From the NCBI GenBank assembly GCA_904063045.1, contig CAJFCJ010000024.1:739777-803776 (forward strand): a stretch of 64,000 nucleotides of DNA. Direction: 5' to 3'. The notes beneath the pieces are model-generated. The model had not been told where the DNA came from. It did not search any database and worked only from the letters and a program-made list of their open reading frames with translations. Source of the stretch: Dimorphilus gyrociliatus (taxonomy: Eukaryota; Animalia; Annelida). Positions 51,957 through 61,653 of this stretch are shown piece by piece; within the stretch, counting starts at the first letter, position 1; each line of letters starts with the position of its first letter. Made by a program: the position numbers and the translations under genes.

Positions 51957-54900
51957 CTAAAGAACAATACCAGTGTAACTCGGCTCATCTGTCTCTGGGT
52001 TTTCAATTCGATTCCTCAAATGTTCGATAGTATTTTCAAAGTGTGTACGAATGAGTTCAGTTTCATCAGTGGCATCCAAATTCGGTAAATCATCTTTTAT
52101 CTTGCCAATTAGTTGGTTCAAAACTTGTATGTTGATATGATCATTTCCTTTCTCGTAAAAGTATAAATATTGATTTAATATTTCAATAAACAACTGCAGT
52201 TGGGCAGCTTGGTCCATACATTGATTAGCTATCTTCAGAGCTTTTTTTAGGCATTCGCACACCCTCTTACCATCTTTCATTTCAACTTCTCTTCCGTCTT
52301 CTATGTACTTTCCATTCCAGAAGACATTAGCAACATTAACAATAGCTCTCGCTTGATCAGGCTTTTTCAAGAGTTTATTTGCCGCCTGAGCACAATGTGT
52401 CCTCAGTGTTTCATGATTATCAGTAGAGAAACAAGTCATTTTCTCCAAAGCGGCTGTAATAAGGGTAACCGCCGCAAATTGCTTTTTACTATCGCATATA
52501 TCATCTTCATAAATAGAAAAGGCCTGTGTTAGAAATTCATATGCGACAGTCTCATAACCATCAAATCTGACGTTTCCAGCTACAACTGCTCCCTGTTAAA
52601 AGAAAATAGTATTAACTTTTTGTTAAAATAGTATCTAGAGCCAAATCTACTCAGATGATATCTATAAAGATATCCGTACTACACTAAGCCTGTCAACTCT
52701 TAAACTAGTAATAGAATAACAATAGGACAAATAAAAAATCATTTAGCTGATTTTACTGACCTGTAAAAACAATCTAAGAGATAGTTCAGCTAATTCGACA
52801 GTTTCAGCTTTGATTAATACGCTAATAGTTTGATGACACATTTGAAAAATTTTAGAGCACTTTTTCTCCCATTTGTCATCGTCTTCCCTTACGCTTTTAT
52901 ACTTTTCCGCTAAGTCAAATAGGCGAAATACAATTGGTGGTAGTGTATATCTAATCCTCTTAACTCCTCCTGTACCAACATGCTTTCTGACAGTGTTTAG
53001 CATCAGATATTGGATATCTGCTTCATCGGCTTCTAGTAAATGAATAAATCTAGCGACAACACCTTGTTCTTCGGCAAAGTCATCTGGATCCTCATTTATC
53101 GACGGTTCGTCTGGTTGGTCAGTGATTAAAGTGGAAGCCATTGTCAAAATAGCGTCTGTTTGTTCGGCAGTTCCAATTTTAGTTTCATTGTCTATAGCAT
53201 TTGTCAGAATATAAAGCGATAAGGATTTTCTAGCCAAATAATCGAAAACATCAATTAAAGGGGCGAAATGTTTCAATTCCAAAAGTTTAAGAATATTTTT
53301 GTAATTATCAACGGGAAGTCTTAACAGTCGAGAAAGTTCTCGACAAACATGACTTTTACTTTCAATTCTGTAATAAAATAAAGAAAAGGGAAAATTATAT
53401 TTTGGAATCAAAAGATGATTATATTTGTATTACAATAACATAGATAAGCTTAAATTTAAAATGATCAAACGGTTACTTAAACATATCGAACTAATAAGAT
53501 AAAATTGCTAACGCCGAACATACAAAGTCCGAATAATTACATTTATGAGATAAAATAATTTTGGTATTCGTTTTTTTTTTTTTATTCCTAAAAGTCAGAA
53601 AATCTCAAAGGTTTTCAGCACGCGTTATGGACTTTTTAACTCAACTATAAAAAAGATATGCAAGGACTAATTTTTTTGGTGAGTATTTAATAATTACGTG
53701 CTTAAAGATAATAATTATTACATAACGAATGACTTATAAACATATAGATTAGGATTAATAGCTTATCTAATATTTCTCATAAAATAAGCTGTTTCTGGTT
53801 CTTTTTTAAAAAACAAAATTATTATCTAGATGTAATGATAGTCCTCTTTTTCGTTTACCTAAATCTAGTTCATGACAGCATTTAGAACAAAGAGATACTT
53901 TAGTCACGTCAACCAAAGGTGCTCTCAAATATATTCTAAAATTAATAAACTGTTCCTTACCGGTTTTTTTAATTTTAAATCGACTTAGTTATTTTAGTCA
54001 TATGTTAATGAGTAATAAATTATAGTTTGTTATACTTACAATTCTATATTCATCTTTTCAAATATTTCGCTAGTTGTACCCAAAACTTTATCAACATAAT
54101 CAATCCTATCGGGATAACAAGTTAAGGCTAACGTCACCAGTGACGCTTGAAGAGAAATAATATCTTCAGCAGGCATATCAGCCCTATTTTCTGTAATGTT
54201 AGCAATTTGAGAAGAAAATATATCAAATAATTCAATGTCATCGGGTATTCCACCGGAGTTTTCCTTCTGGGCGAAAACGGATAATCTGCAGAAAGATGAG
54301 AAAGATAAAAATACATGTTAAAAAGTATAGAATTAATTTATTAGTTTAGTATAATGAAACACTAAATAATCTTCTTATTTTAGTACCTGTTGATTAGGGA
54401 AATAATAATATTTTTCACATTAACACTAGGAGATAAATCGCTACATGCTCTAAGAAAGCCGTTCAGAGTTTGAAGGTGATACTCGTCAGGAAAAACCTAT
54501 TAGAAACATTTAAATTAACAAAATTTATCATTATTACAATAGTTTAAAATCTTATCTATTAAAAACTTACTTGAATAATACATTCCATTAAATATTCTTG
54601 GGCTATTGCGTCGCGACAACTCACAATTTGCTCCAAAATAAATGTTAGAATATCCTTATAAATTATAAGATTTTAGCCTATAGAAATATTATTTAGAATT
54701 TTTATATAGATTACTTGTTTATATTTTTCGACGTCTATGCCATCCAACTGCGATAGCCTAACAAGATTAGTTCCAACAAGAATTCTTAATTCCCTTCTTT
54801 CAATTTCCCTCCTTTCTTTATCTCTCGTATGCCCTTGATGCTGGACAGAATAAAATAAACGAATGCTTATTACACGATTATCTAAGCTTTGTAAACATCA

Positions 54901-55869
54901 CTATATACTATTTATGTACTCAACATAAGATAACAATCACCTGCATTCTAACCCATAATTTATTCATTTCCGAGAAATTTAAATGAATAAAATCTATGCT
55001 ATCGCTAACAGTACCAACTTCCATACCATCTTCGTCATTCTCGGAATTTTCCAATTCCAATTGCCTATCCGGAAGTATATTTTTCACGCATTGTAATAAG
55101 TAATTGCGTAGAAACAATCCCCGTAGTGGGTGTTGAACACCCCTGCACATTTCAACCAGATCTTTAAGAATATCACGTCTCGAGAGTTCTTTAGATTTAA
55201 TATAAACCACACCAACCGTTATCAGTAAATACCTGTTAATTATAGCAGAAACAAATTATAGATAGTCTAGATATATATATAATCTACTAATTAGACTTTG
55301 GATTATTAATACTAGTAATTAAAATCAAACGTACAATCTAGGCACAATATTGCCGGCGTATTGAACCAATTCATATAAATCATGAACTTTTCTTCCTTTT
55401 AAGAATTCATCTGTTAAGTATTCTTCCAAATATCTTAATTCATCAATGATTTTGATATCTATAAAAATCCCTCTTAATAACAAAATAATTGCAATTGTGA
55501 TGATACATACATAATTCATAATAACTTTTTGGTGATAATACAGATGTTCTTAACTCGTTAAGCATATTAGAAGCATGTTTCAAACCATCCATTAATTTGT
55601 TTTTGTCCTAGTATTAAGTTAAGTATATTATACGATTTGGAAAATAATTTTATACCAACTAAACATCTTTTCATCTGAAACGCCTGCTGTTTCACGATAT
55701 CGAAGGATTCTATGAGCAATTTTTCTTGCTCCTCGGTTGGTGACCCAAGCGGTGTTGTTGGCTACAAATAAAATATATTATAATAAAGCATTCCGCCAAG
55801 GTTAAATTGTTAAATTAAACATATTTAAGATATTATTTATATTTTACAGAAAATGAAAACACCCACCAT
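51957..55869 (-). CDS. VPS35: Retromer cargo-recognition subunit VPS35; the first coding exon is the ATG alone (55869-55867)
   Basis: [29 protein letters not shown]; [22 protein letters not shown]; [15 protein letters not shown]; [16 protein letters not shown]; [19 protein letters not shown]; [14 protein letters not shown]. Confidence 0.97.
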
Positions 55870-56778
55870 GTTTAATTATCACGTGATATAATACATGAAT
55901 CGAAATATGTCCAAGATGAATAAAGCATATAACGGTGTCCACAACCGTGGCGTGAGTTATTTTAAAAACTTATTGAAAAGATCAACGGTGTACTTAATGC
56001 ATTCCCAGTTGACTTTTTAACGTTTTATATTTCTAATATTACAATAAAAGATAAAAGATTAAACTATAACGTATATGAATTTGTATTTGTTATGATACGT
56101 GCAATTACTTATTTCAATGTAACGAGATTTGGCCATTACCAGCAGTAATCTACATTCAAATTGCATTATATTGCAAAAAAAGAATTTACATCAGATCGTA
56201 TGGATAAACATAACAGAATATTTAAATGATAAAATAATAACATTTGAAAATTAACAAGAACCTTATATATATAAGAAAAATAGATCAAAATAATATATAT
56301 TAAACATTCAAAATTCAATTTATATAAATTCGATCAAAACAGTGATTAATCAGCATATTTCCATACTTTTCAAAAATACCTTAACAAAGTAATTTTAGAA
56401 AGTATTACTCAATAGCAATCCGTCCTCAACTATAACAGTGATGTCCAATATCAAAGGTTTTTCAGCCGTTCTATATTAAAGTTCATTGAATTTCTTTATT
56501 ATCTACTATTTGCTGATAATGGAATATCAATGATGTTCTTAAAGTAGTAAACAGGCATTTTGTCATGAAATTTTTTACAATTTATGCATATATACAATGA
56601 GAATAAAATAAAAAATGATAAATTTTTTGCACCAGTTTGACAATATAAAAATTCATGTCGATACAAAATACAGCCCTCCTCAGACACAGCAGTTTTATGC
56701 CACTTAGAATCTATATTTAAGCATTATTGTTTTTTTTTTGTTTGTTTCAGAAAATATCTAACTTATTATTTGAGCACA

Positions 56779-57360
56779 TTAATCCTTATGTTCTTTTCCT
56801 GATAAAGCCAATTGCCTTCCTATGCTTCCCATCGTAACACCTCCAGAAAAAAATATGGACGGTATACAACTTCTCATGTATTCTAAGCGGGGCTCCGTAT
56901 AACTAAGTATACCGCTATATACCAACACTAATGCCATAACAGTTGCCACAATTGCTATCAGCAACGCCAAGACAAAGCCACTCCGTGATCTATCAAATAA
57001 CCACCAAAGACCTATTGACATTGCAGCTAATGTTAATGATAGTTGAATATTGTTATGAAATTCTAGTTTGGCGCTGGCATGATTAATTCCAACAAATATT
57101 GCTATACATCTCATTACACTTGACCAATCTGGTTGATGCTTATGGGTTTGACCCAAAAAATTGTCGATAAACGGATACAATAATCCTATAACTGTCGCTA
57201 GAAATCCACATGCTGGAGCAACCCACCACGCATCCGAATACTTTGTTAATAATTCTGGACTGAGCGCCACTTTACGTTCTAACTGGAGGAGATTTAATAC
57301 GATAAAGAAGACAGAACCAACTAAAAAGAGGCAGAAACCACGGGGGAGTAAAGAAAACAT
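56779..57360 (-). CDS. INSIG: Insulin-induced gene protein, intronless CDS
   Basis: RGFCLFLVG; WWVAPACG; IGLLYPFID; [21 protein letters not shown]; [22 protein letters not shown]; [17 protein letters not shown]. Confidence 0.97.
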   Translation of the reverse strand: MFSLLPRGFCLFLVGSVFFIVLNLLQLERKVALSPELLTKYSDAWWVAPACGFLATVIGLLYPFIDNFLGQTHKHQPDWSSVMRCIAIFVGINHASAKLEFHNNIQLSLTLAAMSIGLWWLFDRSRSGFVLALLIAIVATVMALVLVYSGILSYTEPRLEYMRSCIPSIFFSGGVTMGSIGRQLALSGKEHKD

Positions 57361-58171
57361 TATCGGTATTTCCTATAAAAAGGATAAAAAATCATTATAT
57401 TTATCTGAACAAACATATTAAAGAAAATTAACATTTATCGTTATGATTCATAGTGTATTTATTAATAATATTATATAACTTTGTGGTATGGTGAGTAACA
57501 TTTACAGTTTAAATTTATATCAAGTAGATCAATTGCTGTAAGAGTGTCAACGGGTATACAGAATTAAACTGATCAGTTGTATTTTACCCATGAAATTATC
57601 GAATATTCTAATGTCCTTTACGTACACAGACGAAATCACATACGTTTGACGTAAGAGAAATTCTAATCTATTATTAGTCAAATCGCCTACAATTTCATAA
57701 TCGTATCATTATATTTTTCAAATTTTCTTATTAAAAACTATAGAGATATAATTTAGGTGTGGCTCTCTTCAACAACCTTTTCCCAAAATTTTCCCGCTTT
57801 AATACTAATTTAAATAGTTAGCATTCCTTAGTGGTTTTTAAATACAATCTATTACTATGATATTTGGTAATCAATGAAATTTGTTGGTTGTTGAAAATAT
57901 CTAATCTTACATTACAGAGATATTAACGAAACTATTGTAAGTACAGAATACACAAGTTCATTTTTCTGTCAATACCAACAAGCCCTTCTTATTAGAATAT
58001 TCAATAAAAACATAAGAAAAACATCAGTAAATTTCCTGTAGCAAGAATATTAGGAAAAACTAACTTACTATCATAAAGCCAAGTACTTAAACAAGTCGTT
58101 TGCTGCCGATCGGATTAGATAATGTCGCTACAACATACGATATTATGCTTTTGTATACACAAAATCGGCAT

Positions 58172-58237
58172 CTGGGGTGAGTAGGAATCAACCAATCAAC
58201 GTTTAGCAGTCTTGCCCACGTGATACAGGTGGTGTGA
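58172..58237 (-). promoter_or_regulatory. SREBP/NF-Y-like module in the INSIG-CPSF2 divergent promoter
   Basis: Minus-strand CTCACCCCAG (58172-58181), ATCACGTG (58217-58224) and TCACACCAC (58229-58237), plus CCAAT at 58192-58196. Confidence 0.55.
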
Positions 58238-58438
58238 GGACGGTCAGCTGTAGTTTAGACGGGCTCCCACTAAGAAACCGAATGAAATATTAATTTAATT
58301 TTGAAGTGGAGCATTTACAATATTTTACATAAATTAACAAATTTATTTCCACTCGGTACTTGACAAATTAAAATGCGCAATTAAAAATGATTTTTGTTTC
58401 AATCATAGAAAATATTAAAATACGAAAATGTAGGCATT

Positions 58439-58450
58439 GGCCGCCATTTT
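58439..58450 (+). promoter_or_regulatory. YY1-like GGCCGCCATTTT near the probable CPSF2 start site; CGCCATCTT at 61495-61503 precedes NDUFS1
   Basis: Match to the CGCCATNTT consensus upstream of 5' UTR splice donors. Confidence 0.45.
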
Positions 58451-58871
58451 CGGGAAAACTAGAAGAATCTTGTGTCCACGGTAAATTGTTTTTTTTATGA
58501 AAAATACTTTCTTAGTTGACCATCGTACGTGTTAATAAATTGCCCATCGAGAAGATCAATATATCTTACTCATTTTATCTTTGCTGGGACCTCTCCCTTT
58601 TATGTCAAATGTTGCAAGTTTTGGTTATTTTCAAAGAAAACTTTTTGCCGGTTTCTCTATTATAGGTATTAAACATATATTCACAGACGCTTTTGCCACT
58701 AGTTCCCCATTTATAGGTATATAAAGAATCTATCAAGATTTCTATAGTAAAATAATTTTGTCATATTTATTTAGAATAGTTTTCTGTTAACAGATCTATA
58801 CACTACTAAAATACATGATAAACTTCTCTTCTCAAATATACAATCCACCTCTACGATAAAAATAAGTCATC

Positions 58872-61097
58872 ATGACATCTATAATCAGATTGAAGCCTTT
58901 TTCGGGTGTAAAAAGTGAATCCCCACCATGCTATCTTCTTCAAATCGATGAATGTCATATCTTACTAGACTGTGGGTGGGATGAACATTTCAGTATGGAC
59001 TATTTGAAGAGATTGAAAGAAAATTTAGATATTATAGATGCAGTTCTTATTTCTCATCCTGATCCTCATCATCTTGGCGCCCTACCCTATTTGGTAGGAA
59101 GATGTGGCCTAAATTGCCCAATATATGCAACTGTCCCTGTTTATAAGATGGGTCAAATGTTTTTATACGATTTATATCAATCTCGACATAGCTGTGAACA
59201 TTTTGAAATATTCACTTTGGACGATGTCGACGCTGCTTTCGAAAAAATTAAACAGCTCAAATATTTGCAAACTGTTGGCTTGAAAGGTAAAGGGCATGGT
59301 CTACAAATCACTCCTATACCTGCTGGTCACATGATTGGAGGAACAATATGGAAAATTGTAAAAGATGGTGAAGAAGAAATTTACTATGCTATTGACTTTA
59401 ACCATAAAAAAGAACGGCACTTAAATGGTTGTATTCTTGATGGAATAGTCAGGCCACATCTGTTTATTACCGACGCATTTAATGCTAATTATCAACAAAC
59501 AAGACGAAAGTTGCGCGATGAACAGTTACTAACTAGCATTATTCAAACTTTGCGAAATGATGGAAATGTTCTTATTACAATAGATACAGCAGGAAGATGT
59601 TTAGAGCTGGCTCATTTGCTTGATCAAATGTGGAGATCTCAGGAATCTGGACTCATGTGTTTCTCTCTAGCTATCTGCAACAATGTATCCTTTAACGTTG
59701 TAGAATTTGCGAAGTCTCAAGTAGAGTGGATGGCGGATAAAATAACTAGGGCTTTCGAAGATAATCGGACTAATCCCTTTCAATTTAAGCACTTGATGCT
59801 TTGCCATTCTCTACATGAATTAAATAAAGTACCCTCACCAAAAGTTGTTCTTGCCTCATCCCCTGATCTGGAGTCTGGATTCGCCAAAGATTTATTTATC
59901 TCATGGTCTTCAGACCCCAGGAATGTCATCATACTCACTAATAGAACCTCTCCAGGAACTTTAGCGAGAACATTAATTGATAAGCCAACTTCAACAGAAA
60001 TTACTGTTGAAATTAAAAGAAGGGAAAAATTGGAAGGAAAAGAACTGGAAGAATATAGGAAAAAAGAGCGCGAGCGTATTGCAGAAGAACAGAGACAAAA
60101 AGCTCTCACTTCCCAAAAAGAAAAAGAAGAATCATCTGACAGTGAAGATGTCGAAAAGGAAACAGCCTTCGAAAACAAATACGATCTACTTTTACCAAAA
60201 ATTGATCAGGAACATATATCATATTCTGGTCTACTGAAAATCTCTAAGCGAAGCCTACCAATGTTTCCCACATCGGAGGAGCGTTTGAAATGTTTAAAAT
60301 GGGATGATTATGGTGAGTTTATTCGACCTGAAGATTTTCTTATTTTTGACGAAAAAGAAGCTGAAGAGCCTATGGAGACAGAGGATGAGAATGCCGAACA
60401 ATCGGTGAATGATTATTCCGATCATCCCACTAAATGCATAGTAACTGATCAAACAATTCAAATAAGAGCCAAAGTAATGTACATAGATTTTGAGGGCAGA
60501 ACTGATGGAGAGAGTATGAGAAAAATTTTGGCTCAAATTAAGCCTCGGCAATTAATTCTCGTACATGGTGATAAATCTGCTACCGAAAATTTAGCTAACT
60601 ATTGCTCAAGTCAAAATTTGGTAAATGGAAACATTTTAACTCCAGATCTCTATGAGATTGTAGATACAACGACTGAGTCTCATATTTTCCAAGTTCGCAT
60701 GAAAGATTCTCTCGTGAGTGCTCTACAATTTGAAAAGACAAAAGATGTCGAAGTATCTTGGATTGATGCTATACTGGACTCAACCGCAATGGCTGATGAA
60801 GGAAAAGGAGACGATTTAGTTCAAAGAGATTCTGTTCCAACTCTCATCCCTGCTTATTCGTCTGATTGTGTTCAACCACATGGTCCCGTTTTTATTAATG
60901 AACCGAAACTATCTGAATTGAAGGAGGTAATAATGAAACAAGGTATTACAGCAGAATTCACAGGCGGTGTGTTAGTATGTGGGGGTAGTGTTGCTATTAA
61001 GAAGAATGAAAGTGGAAAATTAACTATTGAGGGAACAATTAACAGTGAATATTATAAAATACGTAGAATTTTATATTCACAATTTGCTATTGTTTGA
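58872..61097 (+). CDS. CPSF2: Cleavage and polyadenylation specificity factor 100 kDa subunit, intronless CDS, 741 aa
   Basis: MTSIIRLKPFSG..CYLLQIDECHILLDCGWD; LSHPD..HLGALPY; AGHMIGGTIWKI; DFNHKKERHLNG; beta-CASP; YIDFEGRTDGES; YYKIRRILYSQFAIV. Confidence 0.98.
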   Translation: MTSIIRLKPFSGVKSESPPCYLLQIDECHILLDCGWDEHFSMDYLKRLKENLDIIDAVLISHPDPHHLGALPYLVGRCGLNCPIYATVPVYKMGQMFLYDLYQSRHSCEHFEIFTLDDVDAAFEKIKQLKYLQTVGLKGKGHGLQITPIPAGHMIGGTIWKIVKDGEEEIYYAIDFNHKKERHLNGCILDGIVRPHLFITDAFNANYQQTRRKLRDEQLLTSIIQTLRNDGNVLITIDTAGRCLELAHLLDQMWRSQESGLMCFSLAICNNVSFNVVEFAKSQVEWMADKITRAFEDNRTNPFQFKHLMLCHSLHELNKVPSPKVVLASSPDLESGFAKDLFISWSSDPRNVIILTNRTSPGTLARTLIDKPTSTEITVEIKRREKLEGKELEEYRKKERERIAEEQRQKALTSQKEKEESSDSEDVEKETAFENKYDLLLPKIDQEHISYSGLLKISKRSLPMFPTSEERLKCLKWDDYGEFIRPEDFLIFDEKEAEEPMETEDENAEQSVNDYSDHPTKCIVTDQTIQIRAKVMYIDFEGRTDGESMRKILAQIKPRQLILVHGDKSATENLANYCSSQNLVNGNILTPDLYEIVDTTTESHIFQVRMKDSLVSALQFEKTKDVEVSWIDAILDSTAMADEGKGDDLVQRDSVPTLIPAYSSDCVQPHGPVFINEPKLSELKEVIMKQGITAEFTGGVLVCGGSVAIKKNESGKLTIEGTINSEYYKIRRILYSQFAIV

Positions 61098-61653
61098 AAT
61101 TGTTTTACTTAAAAATCCGTTTAAATTTGTTAATATATTTCGATTTAATAAATCACCTTCAAAATGTCAATATCATTGTTATAGAATTAAAGGTAAATAT
61201 CAGAGAAAAAGTGCAACAAAGTCCAAGAAAATTTTGTACTATGATACATTTATGCAACTTTTATCAGCTTTAATAAAATGATAACATCAGCTTGGAATTT
61301 CATATCATTGTTACAACAAAACTTATATTCTTGTTAGTGTCCTTTTAACTTCCGGTCAAATTTGAATTCTGAAGATTTGTGAACAAGTTTCTTCTTGAAA
61401 ATTTTTATCATAGCTTTTTTATAGAAATAATAAAAATAAGTTACATCGGAATTAAATATATCCACTTAAAAAATACGAAAGTGCGTAAATTCGACGCCAT
61501 CTTGAAAAACAAGAAGGTTGTTGTGAAAACGGTAAATTTTATTATTTATTCGCTATATAAGAATGGTTGCTATTTAAAAACTCGTGATAACATAGATTAT
61601 GTAATTTTCCAATATATAACTTTTTCATGATCTGCTACCAAAATGTTTTAGGC

